Below the pieces are notes generated by a model that was given only the letters and a program-made list of their open reading frames with translations, did no database searches and was not told where the DNA came from. A DNA stretch of 63,528 nucleotides, counting the filler, from Aduncisulcus paluster (taxonomy: Eukaryota), in NCBI GenBank assembly GCA_024181965.1. It is 5 parts of 5 records of this genome, joined end to end, with 100 filler letters (N's around TTAATTAATTAA, not from the genome) between each part and the next. Parts side by side here need not be neighbours in the genome. Positions count along the whole stretch, not along the records: positions 1 to 19,291 come from BQXS01013855.1; 4 more parts are not named here. One strand, written 5' to 3'. Both the position numbers and the translations under genes were made by a program. Positions within the stretch are counted from its first letter, which is position 1; every line of letters starts with the position of its first letter. Positions 1-11,000 of this stretch are shown here, piece after piece.

Positions 1-2
1 CC

Positions 3-581
3 GTCACTTTTAGCGGCCCGCGCCGGTTAGTCCCTCTTCTGAAGCGTTGTAGAACTGTTTCCAGCAGCAGAGAGCCTGGAACGTCATACTATATTTCTAT
101 TGTCCTCGTGTGTGGTCCTCCTTCTGACTTTGACGAATTTGTCGCCGAAGTGATAGATTCTTCTTCCCAAGAACCCCTGACCGTTGTTATCATCGGTGTT
201 GGTGGCGGTGACTTCTCTGTCTATGAGAAACTGAATTCAACCAAGATTCTTCAACAAGGTGCGGCGGTCCAATATCGAAGTAATTTTAAGTTCGTGAAAT
301 ACGATCCCACGCAAGCTGTTGAATACACAATTCAGAAAGCCCTATCCACTGTTACAACAGACACTAGACATTTCATGAAGATGAAGAAAATCCAACCACC
401 AACTCCGGTCGACATGTCAGCTCCTCCTCCTTCCGAGGTTTTATCTTTCCAGCATTGTGACACTCCGATTGTTGATGACCTTTCTTCTCTTGCTTTACAC
501 GATCCCCCTTCAACACCGAGTCATCTTTCCAAGAGAACGGATGATGATGAATCCGAAGAGTCTGATATATACGCTGGTTAA
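3..581 (+). CDS. Copine-like protein, C-terminal vWA domain (5'-partial)
   Basis: The frame is open from base 3. VTFSGPRRLVPLL, YYISIVLVCGPPSD, PLTVVIIGVGGGDFSVYEKL and RSNFKFVKY match copine vWA motifs (V-L-GPT, Y-ILLI-TDG, P-SIIIVGVG--DF--M--L, RD-VQFV). Confidence 0.8.
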   Translation, partial: VTFSGPRRLVPLLKRCRTVSSSREPGTSYYISIVLVCGPPSDFDEFVAEVIDSSSQEPLTVVIIGVGGGDFSVYEKLNSTKILQQGAAVQYRSNFKFVKYDPTQAVEYTIQKALSTVTTDTRHFMKMKKIQPPTPVDMSAPPPSEVLSFQHCDTPIVDDLSSLALHDPPSTPSHLSKRTDDDESEESDIYAG

Positions 582-880
582 TATGCTCTCTGAGTTCCTG
601 CAGGAGGAGGTGTTAGGGTTATGTGATGAATCGTTGTGTTTTTATAACGCTGGACGAAGCTTTGTTGTATTATTATCGTATGGTAATGAAATGGACATTG
701 TTTCTAGTTTCTGAGTCTATGTTCGAAATAAAATTTAATCACCGCAATTATTAACTTTATTATGCTATATTAAATAACATTTAGTCAATAAAATTGGTAA
801 TCTATTATATATAGTTGAAGTCGGGTTATTTCCGCCTTCAAAAATTTCTCAATTTGTTTATAATATTCTTCACCTTTTTT

Positions 881-2056
881 ATGGCTGATACGCTCGATCT
901 TTTTGCTGGATATGATATTATATCGATAGTTGGTGGCGGAGGGAAAACATCTTTAACTTTCGCACTTGCTGAGAAGTTTAAGGCTCTTGGACGGGTTGTT
1001 GCAATTACAACAACAACCAGAATGCGTCATGTATCCCCTAAAACTCATCATTGTGTTGATTTCGTTGTCAGAGATTCTGTCATATATGATTCCACCGTTT
1101 CATTCAAAGAGAACCTTAATATGATTGCAACAAATCGTCTTCTCTTGCAAAAACAATGTACTCAACAAGGATGTCCGAAGATTCGCAAGCATAAATCGAC
1201 ACATGATCTCTCTTGTTCTGATGGATATTCCCTTCATTCTTCTTCTGAAAGGTCTTTAAGAATTCAGTCGGGTATTGTTGGTTTCATTTCATCCGGTTTA
1301 TATGATGGAAAGGAACAAGGAACAAGTCCTCAGTTGGCATGTGATCTTCTCGACAATGATTTGGTTGATGTAGTTATTATCGAAGCCGATGGAGCTCGAG
1401 GAAAACCGTTAAAAGCAGCATTATCCTACCGAGATCCAGTTATTCCAACTAAATTTCCCCATTCTTTCTCATATCAGTACCAATCATCTCCGTCCATTGC
1501 CAATTATAAATCTTGCTTCGTTTGCATGGTGGGAGCCGATGCTCTAGGTGCTAAATTGACTGAAAAAAATGTGTATCGGCATGATATTGTTGCCAGAATT
1601 CTTAAAATCCCCCCCAAATCCGTAATTACTCCAGATCACATCTCTAAGCTTATTTTTCACCCTAAACGTGGTTATGTTTGGCCCATCATGACCTTCTCAA
1701 AGAAAGAAATGCATGTCAAAAAAGTTAGTATCGTAGTGTTTCTCAACAAGTGTGATCTCATCAAAGATTGGAACAGAGATTTGTGGATTGGATGTGGATG
1801 CTCTGGACATCGAGGAGGTCACATTGGAAGTCCTATTGACGTTGCAACCGAGAGTTTAACCAAAGAAATCAGGCATATGTTCTCTTCCAGTTCATTCCCA
1901 AAGCTTTCCCCCACCCATCATGAAGTCGTGACTAGTCAGGTTATAAAGGCTTTTTTCAAGGACATTCCAAAAGAAATCGAAGGATCTGATGGGATTTTCA
2001 GAGTTCACAAGGTCGCAGGATCCCTTAAAGAAGGTATTCTTAGGCGGTTAAAGTGA
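881..2056 (+). CDS. yqeC: YqeC-like selenium cofactor biosynthesis / Se-dependent molybdenum hydroxylase accessory protein
   Basis: ATG at 881. Motifs in the YqeC order: IISIVGGGGKTSL (P-loop), VAITTTTRM, VVIIEADGARGKPLKA, DPVIP, VGADALG, NVYRH, LIFHP, VFLNKCD. Confidence 0.85.
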   Translation: MADTLDLFAGYDIISIVGGGGKTSLTFALAEKFKALGRVVAITTTTRMRHVSPKTHHCVDFVVRDSVIYDSTVSFKENLNMIATNRLLLQKQCTQQGCPKIRKHKSTHDLSCSDGYSLHSSSERSLRIQSGIVGFISSGLYDGKEQGTSPQLACDLLDNDLVDVVIIEADGARGKPLKAALSYRDPVIPTKFPHSFSYQYQSSPSIANYKSCFVCMVGADALGAKLTEKNVYRHDIVARILKIPPKSVITPDHISKLIFHPKRGYVWPIMTFSKKEMHVKKVSIVVFLNKCDLIKDWNRDLWIGCGCSGHRGGHIGSPIDVATESLTKEIRHMFSSSSFPKLSPTHHEVVTSQVIKAFFKDIPKEIEGSDGIFRVHKVAGSLKEGILRRLK

Positions 2057-3147
2057 TTTAGTACACACAGTACCTCACAGTATTTTTACCTGTATTTTTG
2101 CCTGTATTTTTGCCTGTATTGTATAAAATGGTGTGTTTTGTTATATCATTGATTTTGTTCATATGAGACAAAAATTTACCTTTTAGCACATTATATGTGA
2201 CATATATCCATTTTTTTTGTTTTTCTTGTTTCTTGGTTTTATAGATTTTTCTTTTGGATTTTATTTTATTTATTTGATATTTTTCGAAAGTATTTTTTTT
2301 TTTTGACAATACTTTTTTCTATTATTAATCCAAACTATTGATTCTTTCCTCTTTTTTTTTGTTTATTCTATTCAAATTGCATAGCATGGCATACGTGTAA
2401 TATAATACAGTAGTTACATTGTATCTGCGTAATAATGGCGTTATTATCATCCTTGAACAGTACATTCAAAGGGTACTTTCTTTCGTTAGATCTCGAAACC
2501 TAAATTAATTATTTTCTAGTTTATTTTCCCTTGAACTTTGTGCAGTCTGGTTAGTTGCAAGATCTAACATCTCTCATTTATTCTATATTTTTATACAGTT
2601 TATCTTATAAATACAACGATAAAATCATCTGTTGATAGCTTCTCAATATTTTGGTACACTTCTCTTCTTATTCTGGTTCGAATTTCTTCACACTATCGTT
2701 GTACACATTATTTCTTGGATTGAATCTCCACTTCAGGTGATAAATGGTCTTTAAAGGTGTAGGCACCAATCACAATTCGATATGAATCACCATTCTCTCT
2801 TATTTCTGTTCTATATTTAGATATTTCTGTTCTATATTTAGATCCCTTTCTATTGTGGACAACACTCACCTCAGTATACCTATGACTGATGTAGTGTAAT
2901 TGTCAATAATATTCCTTGAATAAAATATCTTTAATTATTGGAAGCTTCACTGATCCATTTTTAGATCTGTTGTTGGAGTGATAGTCAATAATAAGTTTGT
3001 TCCCATATGAACTCATCAATACAGCTCAATACGATAAGCTCAATAGGAGAAGATTCTTTACCATCACGATAAAGCATAACCAACAATAAACACTAGAACA
3101 GTATTTGTATACTATTGTTCATGGGTTCTGCATCAAGATATTTAATA

Positions 3148-3278
3148 TAGTATACTGTACTATACTATACTGTACTATACTGTACTATACTATAGTATGT
3201 ATCCACTATTATAGTATGTATCCACTATACTGTACTATTATAGTTATAGTACAGTATAGTATAGTACAGTATAGTACA
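3148..3278. repeat. TATACTGTAC-type microsatellite arranged as an inverted (fold-back) repeat
   Basis: The TACTATACTGTAC array at ~3150-3195 is the reverse complement of the ATAGTACAGTATAG array at ~3246-3278. Confidence 0.7.
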
Positions 3279-3339
3279 AGAATCATGAAATCTCTATCCT
3301 GTCAGCTCTAGAAGATATATAGGTATATCGTGATATCAC

Positions 3340-4434
3340 CTATTTTTGAGTTGGCATTGAATCACCCTCCTCCATGATTTGATTTGACTGAAGCACATTC
3401 GCAGCAGAAATCTCCAATTCAACAGGAATATCAGGAAGGTCGGCACCAAACCTCCGTTTCCCGATACTAACGGATGTAACATCACGTTCACCTTCTTCGG
3501 AAGGGAGTTCAGCACCCGACGTGTGACGTTCAAGAAGGCTATATAACATTTGCACTTCGCTCGAGTGTCGTTTCCTTTCCTCAGATAGTTCAGATCTACA
3601 TTCTACGAGTTCGGCTTTCTTCTCGGCAAGTTCTTCACGTACACTCTTTAGTTGTTCTTGAAAATGATTGATGACACTTGAAACCAGAGTTTCCATTTGT
3701 CTTTGTTTGTCAGAGAGTTGCTCTTGTAATCTACTGCCGATAAGTTGTCGTTCTTCTCGAAGAATAACAAGATTCCTAGAAAGAAACTCAAAAATGGCCC
3801 GGTCAGAGAAGCCAGAAGATACTTTTTTTGACTTGGAGGGGCTTTGTTTTGTTGCTTCGTCTGCATCATCAAAAATTGGCCGCATTGGAGGCCTCAAACC
3901 GGAAATCTTTCCATCAAGAAATTGAATCCCAAATAAAACGGGCGGTTTCTTCTCATCTTGCCAAGTTCCAGATGACTTTAGATCACACGATATTATATTT
4001 TCAACTGGCCGGAAAAAGGGTAAAAGATACCATTCATAATTATTAGAATAACTTTGTGGCGGTCTACAATAATAATCTATCACGATTTTAGCTCCTTGTC
4101 GGGTGGTCAAGGTCACACAAAGATCTTTTGGTGAATGTTCTAATTTATGGAAACAAACATATATTCCTGCAAGTGAAGATGAGCTAGCCAACTCAATGTG
4201 AATGTGATTAAAAGATGGACAACCACCAATACCCTCAAGAAGCTTTTTGACAGATTCAGTCGAATCTTGATCAGATACACTTGATGTTTCAGTAGACGTA
4301 CATAAATACTTTCCAAATGATTTTGAAGCGCAAGTCTTTAGTAGATTAGCTTCAGAACAGGGAGAATCAGTCTCACCAGGAGTTTCACACCCTGGATATG
4401 TTCCCTTTTTGACATACATAGCTTCAAACCCCAT
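3340..4434 (-). CDS. Hypothetical protein: one copy of the expanded beta-sandwich module plus C-terminal coiled coil
   Basis: FNHIHIEL...LAGIYVCF...SPKDLCVTLT...YEWYLLPF...ISCDLKSSGTW...LFGIQF matches the module seen in other genes here. The C-terminus is heptad-rich. First ATG at 4434. Confidence 0.75.
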   Translation of the reverse strand: MGFEAMYVKKGTYPGCETPGETDSPCSEANLLKTCASKSFGKYLCTSTETSSVSDQDSTESVKKLLEGIGGCPSFNHIHIELASSSSLAGIYVCFHKLEHSPKDLCVTLTTRQGAKIVIDYYCRPPQSYSNNYEWYLLPFFRPVENIISCDLKSSGTWQDEKKPPVLFGIQFLDGKISGLRPPMRPIFDDADEATKQSPSKSKKVSSGFSDRAIFEFLSRNLVILREERQLIGSRLQEQLSDKQRQMETLVSSVINHFQEQLKSVREELAEKKAELVECRSELSEERKRHSSEVQMLYSLLERHTSGAELPSEEGERDVTSVSIGKRRFGADLPDIPVELEISAANVLQSNQIMEEGDSMPTQK

Positions 4435-4957
4435 ATTATATCCCACTCTCTATTATTTAAAGGAAACGACGGAAAGATAATTTCTGGATCGCTCGCAAGG
4501 AGGATAATTAATTCAATTCAATTTATTATATTAAAACCATCAATAAATTCATGAAATTAAGGGGTGACTTTACAAAAAAAAGATTTTAATGAATAAAAAA
4601 AATAAAATAAAATGGTATTTATTTGTCTATGGATCCTAGAATTTCTGGAAATCACGGATAAGATTGAGTAAAGATATCTAAAACAAATGGTCAAAATTAG
4701 ATCCCACCAACAATAATTCTTCATATCAAAGTTCAACACAATCACCCATCAATACGATTCTGCAGAACAATTTACCCCATAGAAAAACTATAATTATCGC
4801 AATAATTTTCAAGATATTCAAATAAACATCGATATTTCTCAATAATATCCCAGAATGATTGATTGATTTTCACCTTTTAATTAGCAATAACAGCCCCAAT
4901 TAAACTGAATAAATACAGAACAAGAAGAAACCAATCTGACAGATAGACAATGAATCT

Positions 4958-6086
4958 CTATTTAATTGCACATTTAATAACATGATACCTGTGATTAAGG
5001 CCCTTACATTCATGAAGCATAAGCTTACTTCCCAAAGCACCATTCTGGGTATTCTCGATGGCATATATAACCATTCCAACACGTGCATGAAGCATTGTCA
5101 TTGCGCAAAAGGGACATGGTTCAAATAAACAGACACACCACATGTCTCGACATAAGTAAGATGTGGGTTTTCCGGACATCTCTGCACACGCGGTCCTAAT
5201 ACATAAATAGGGAGCGTGTCTAAGTTTAGAAGGAATAAATGGAATAACTTTATGAATATCTGGTGTTATTAATGGATTATCACACTTTACACTTGGAGAT
5301 GGAGGAAGAGGAACAGAGGCAGAAGAGCTTCCATGAGCATGGATGATATCAAAAGGACGGATCTCTTCATCATCATGGGACGTGGGACATTCTGATAAGT
5401 GTAAGGATATTATCTTATCAGACTTGGGATCATAAATACAAGCAACTTGCTTACATTGAATTGGAGATGTTGATGACGAGGTTGATCGACTAAATCGAGA
5501 AGAAACAGAAGAATCTGATAATTCTTGTAAATGTTTAAGAATTTCTACAACCTTTATCTTTTGAATTTCAGAAATAAGAGTCTCAACCGTTTCCTCCTGT
5601 TTTGAATGAATAATAACAGGCCATCCAATGAAAATAGGTTGATTAGGAAGAACTACACGATAGTATTGGGACAATTCGAATGGAGATAGAATTTTTTCTC
5701 GTATCGTTCCCTCACATTCCGATTCCTTTCCAATTAACACAATTTTACAATCACTTGGAGTAGAAAAGGAGTATAATGAAGGTTCTTCAATTGGAATAGG
5801 TGAACGAAAATCTCTCAAATCTTTGGGATGCACTCTCTTCACAAATTCAGGACAAATAAATTCTTCATGTTGAGATAACAAAGTAATAAGCTGGCTAATA
5901 GCCCTTTTCTTGATATGTACAGCAAGATATATGTCTTAAAAAAAAACAAAAATTCTTGGTCAGAGAAATAAACCCAAATGAAAAGAAATGCAGCAAAATA
6001 GATGATAAAAATAACAAAACCATACTATATTCAATTTTCTGTGTTTTCTTGACTAAAGTAAACGAACTTTCTCCAATAACATCCAT
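4958..6086 (-). CDS. ADAT3: tRNA-specific adenosine-34 deaminase non-catalytic subunit (ADAT3/Tad3); two exons 6086-6026 and 5934-4958
   Basis: Motifs HAP (catalytic Glu absent), YLC, EPCPFCAMTMLHARV, GALGS and LNHRY. A 91-nt GTATGG...CTGAC...TTAAG intron (6025-5935) joins the ATG at 6086 in frame, giving 345 aa. Confidence 0.88.
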
Positions 6087-6139
6087 TCATGCTTTCAAAA
6101 CAATGTTTTTGTTTCAATCAGCATTTTCTGTTAGAGGAG

Positions 6140-7289
6140 ATGTCTAAGAAAGGTGAAAGTAGTGAATATGATTATGATGAATATGATTATGACGAATCTG
6201 AGGATGAAGATGCAAAATTTATTACTCCTTTAGTTGATGCTCAAGTGGAACGAGTAATCGCCGCAATTAGAAATAATGAGGAGAAAATATATGATGAAAC
6301 CTATTCCTTTTTTGATAGAGATGGGAATCCATTGGATATAAAAGAGTCAGACATTCCAAAAGAGATTTATGATGAAATCATGCAAAAACGTAAAGATAAT
6401 GCTGAAAAAAGAAAGAAGGCGGGCAAAAAGAAGCTAACATATAATGAATTTCTTGCTGATACTCTTAGCAAAGGTGGATCAAAGGTATTTGAGCCATCAG
6501 AATCGGAAAGTGATCATGACCATGATCAAAAGCCATTAGCACAGAAAACAAAGGAAAAGAATGCTCTTAAGGCCTTTCTTGATGTTGCTTTCGATGACGA
6601 AGATGAATTAGAGCTCGTCAGAAAAGAAGAAGAAGAAGATAACGAGGAAGATATTGTTCTTAAAAAGAAATCCAAACAATCTATTAACCCTGATGTGTAT
6701 GTGAAGTTTTTGCGTCATTTCTCCGGGAATTCTTCTCAAACTCCGAAATCTTCGGACAAATCGAAGAGTTCCTCCAAACCTTCAGATGATGATATTCTGG
6801 AGCAATATTTCTCCCGTCAAATGTGGAGAGTTGAGTCTGGAGATGAAAAAATGCTTGAGGAAGATGACGATGATGAACAAGATAACGAAGATGGTGAGAT
6901 CTCTAGGGATGACAAAGAAGAGGAGGAAGAAGACGAAGACAAAGATCACCAAGGACATGCCAGGATAATGCAATTGAGTGAAGCCATTGCCGCTGATGAA
7001 GAGAAAGCCAGACGGATGAAGGAAGAGGAGCAACGTGTTCATTTTAGGCATGAGGAAGAAGATGCCGGAAAAGTGATGACTCATGCGAGAGTTAAGAGTG
7101 ACATTCGACGTGACGATGCGAAAGAAAAGAGAAAAGCCAAAAGAGAGCGCAAAAAGCAGCGTAAAAAAGAAGAGCAGAAAGAACAGCTCCGCATCGCACA
7201 ATCGAATCTTGACGGCAAAGCCTATGTTGAAAAACAGGACAAACAAAAAAAGAAGAAGAAAGAAGAAGAAGCGGGTCCTGACCTCACTA
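6140..7289 (+). CDS. KRI1: KRI1-like 40S ribosome biogenesis factor (3' end lost in scaffold gap)
   Basis: Highly acidic/basic protein. DDILEQYFSRQMW and HFRHEEEDAGKVMTHAR...IRRDD...RKAKRERK resemble KRI1 FL--Y-L---W and YNFRFEEPD---I-TYPR----SVRR. Runs into Ns at 7290. Confidence 0.75.
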
Positions 7290-7309
7290 NNNNNNNNNNN
7301 NNNNNNNNN

Positions 7310-7910
7310 AATGGAAACGAATGGAAGTCGTGATTACAAACAGAGGGCAAGAGTTAAAGAAGAACTTTTACAGACTCTTAAAGGAATTGGTAGCGTTGAC
7401 TTCACCCATTTGACAATTCCATTCCGTTCTCCAAGCTTTTTAAAAGGAATATATATGTGTGTTGGATGGAATTCTGGACCCGTGAATCTTACCATCACCT
7501 TTTATAAAGATGATGGGACCTTTGAACATCGCACATATATCTTTGAAAAACGCCCAGAAATGTTCGAATGGCATTTCCTCCCTGTTGATCTGAAATATAT
7601 TGTGCGTTGTGGAATAGTTGCCAAAAAAAGTTGGGGTGGGGCAATGCCTGGTATTTATGGACTTAGATTTATTCGAGGAAAATCAGAAAGTGCAAAACTG
7701 ATCACAAAAGTGAAAGAAGAAGAGGAGGAGGAAGAAAAAAGCAAGATTCTCAACCTCTTATCTCCTTTTCTCTCTCAAGAAAAGAAAGCTAAGGCCGGTT
7801 TGATGAGAGAATTGCAAGAACAAAGAGATGAAGTCGCGAGATTGAAAAAAGAACTGAAAAAAATTAAAATGCAAAAGAACAAGACAAAGGGTCACAATAA
7901 CGAATTGTAA
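7310..7910 (+). CDS. 5'-partial gene: beta-sandwich module plus coiled coil
   Basis: FTHLTIPFRSPSFLKGIYMCV...GPVNLTITF...FEWHFLPVDL..IVRCGI...IYGLRF, followed by a Lys/Glu coiled coil. Confidence 0.7.
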
Positions 7911-8040
7911 CGAATTGTAACGAATTGTAAGACATGACACAAATTAATAATTTGAAATTATATTATATTTCATCGATCGCAGAATAAATTTAACATATTG
8001 AAACAAAGGATCATTTCGATTCGGTCTAGCAATGTAGAAT

Positions 8041-11000
8041 CTACAAGAACCACTTATTCGCCAATATTTTAGTTGCAGTAGGACGATCAGAGGGAGTAAG
8101 GCTCAAACATGAATCGAGGATAATTCTTAGATTTGACGGCATAGAAATCGGATTTATCTCGTAATTTGACATGATCTGAAATACCTCTCTCAGGAGAATT
8201 CCAAATGAATAGATATCACTAGATGGCTTAGGATGTGGATGTCGATGGGCATCCATCGATTTCTGTAACTCTGGTGCAATGAAACCAGGAGTACCCACAC
8301 GCATGGTTTGACTCAATATTCCAATCATACGATTGCTTGAATCTACTGCAGCTTCAAAATCACAGAGGACTCCATGTCCATCTGAATCGATCAACACGTT
8401 CTGAGGTTTCAAGTCACAGTGAACAATCCCATTCCGATGCAAGTGGACAAGAGCATGGAGAATACTCTTCAACACGAGACGAACTGAAGAAATTGAACGA
8501 GGAGCTTTCTTGAGCCAATAATTCATGTCCCCATTGGAATAGAATGGAAAGACAAGGTATGCTCCTGTTTTGGAAGGAGTGAGAACATGCTCATCATAGA
8601 ATACACTTAAAAGAGAAATAATATAAGGACAGTCACTCCCGGTGCGTGCAGAAAAGGCAGAGCGTAACAAAGTACGATAATGTCCATGTGATATGTCCGA
8701 AGACCCTGTTCCATCATTTGGAATATCAATAAACTTTAACACAACGTCACGGGTTGTATCATTAAGCTGCCAGCGAGCAGAGAAAACATTGCCCTCATGA
8801 AGGAATCTATCCTTGGACATAGTATCCGAACCACCAGAAGAACGAATCTCTTGAATATCACTGAACATACCAAGAGCAACTCCTGTACTAAAAATGAGAG
8901 GAAGAGCACCCTCATCCTTCCCAAATGAACGGCGAATCCCCATTCTATCGGCGTCTCCTTCATCTTGATCGTCACAGTCAGTTCCACCATCACCAACACA
9001 TGGATAGGACAATATCAATGATTCATCGAGACAGGAGGGAATAGAGAATCCCACACTAGATAAGGCACTAGCATGTTTCTGAAGTTCAATGCAACGGAGA
9101 TACCTTTTGTTCATCTCACAACGAATGGTTGAAATATTTTTGGCGAATTTATCGAGTTTTTTCTCATTATTTCTCAGGCTTCTAGTTAATTCCTCAACAT
9201 TTTCCTCATATTCTTCTTCATCGTCTTCATCATCAAGTCCGAATTTAAATGAATACCCCTTTGAAGATGACTTTGAACGATCTTGTAGTTGAATAAGCTT
9301 TTCATTTTGAGTTTGAATAGTATGAATAAGAACCTCTTTCTTCATTTGCTTTCCTTTCATTAACTTCCTTAATTCCAGCATTTCAGCATTTAGATTTTCA
9401 ATTTCATCCTCACTCTTCTCAACAATACTCACACTTTCACGCCAACTGCATAGCTCACTCATTCTCAGAATGCAACATAATATTCCACAACGATATTCAC
9501 ATATTTTATGCAAATATTCTGTGCATATATCAAGAACAGAGCAGATACAGTTAGTAAAACACCCTATAACAGATTCAATGGATTCACAAGATCTCGCATA
9601 TCTACAATCAACTTTAAGAACATTTGATAATGCAGTCAAACACTCCTTTTCATGTTTACATTGCTCTTTGAAACAATCCTGAAGATCAAGAATGCCAATG
9701 GGTCCAGTTTTTGTTAAATCACCGTTTATACGACCCTTGAGCGAGATGATAGTCGAATCAGTGAGAGAACTTTGTGATATACATTCAAATATGTGTGACC
9801 ACAAGCATGAAGAGAGAGTATCAACACAAGGAGTGATGGATTCCATTGTGAGAGAATATTGGGAATATACTGATGAAACGGAAGAGGAACTTTCCAGCCT
9901 TTCTATGGTTGAACGAAACACCGATCGAGTTTTATCATGGTTTAAAAATGTTGAAATAGAGGAAACTGAACAGGGAGATGAAGAATCAATATCTTGAGAG
10001 AAAGGGACAGAAGTGAGAAACTTTGAGGAAATATCATCTTCATCGTGATGGAGAAGTTTAGAAGAAAATTCCCTCTCTTTCGATATGCCACAGGAAATTC
10101 CTTCTCCATAGCTGAGTTTATCATAAGATAACTCACATAAGTCGGCTATCTCAGAAATAACATCATCCCAAGAATCATGATTTAGGATCAAACAATAATC
10201 ATCAATACTCGAACTCAAAAACGATTTATGTCGGCTATCGTGTATATCTTCGTCTTTATCGGTTGAACCAAGCTTATCTAAGGATATTCTTGAATGCTTT
10301 ATGATATTATTATATTGAGAGAGAGCTTCATCAAAACTCCTTTCGCTGGATGAAAAATGTCGCAAACAGTTAATAACCTCATCAGACACATGATCACAAG
10401 CACTGAGAAGATGTGATGTTGATGGGCATTCAAGATCCGTGATACCTACAATGTGTGAGAGGAAAACTTTAAGCTGGGAGACACAGCGTTTTCCAGTTTC
10501 AATAACACAAGAAACATGGTCAGAATTCACATGAGAGGATACAAGTAAGAATAAAGACTTAAGATAACTCACACGATTATTCAAGGTCTTCAAGCAAGGT
10601 GAAGAAGGAATAGGATAGAGACTTTCAGAAACAATGTCACGGGGAGAAATCAGAGAGGACGATTGTCGTTGAGATAAAGTAAAGATGATATTGTGGAGAG
10701 AATGAAAACTATTATACAAACCATTTAAGAAAACAAGGGGAGAAGTCGGATATGAAGCCCCACAAGAAGATATAAATTTGGAAGGAGTAATGACTGTACA
10801 ATTTTGTAATGAACGTAGAAAACTAATGATACGTAAGAAAAGCATACCCGATCTAATACCTGGCATAAACCATAATAAACATGAAATATTTGATAAAATG
10901 GTTTCATTTGTCCACTTTGTAATATCATTGCCAACAAACTTACTCACATCTCCAAAAATAGTTTTACGAAGACGAACAGTCGAATCATACGCAGTTTGAA

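Noticed and set aside
7083..7910. ORF suggesting a KRI1/beta-sandwich fusion
   Set aside because: It spans an N gap of arbitrary length, so two different genes are juxtaposed.
7897..7930. TAACGAATTG x3 (and TATTTTTGCCTG x3 at ~2080-2118) as CRISPR-like repeats
   Set aside because: Head-to-tail minisatellites with no spacers and no cas genes.
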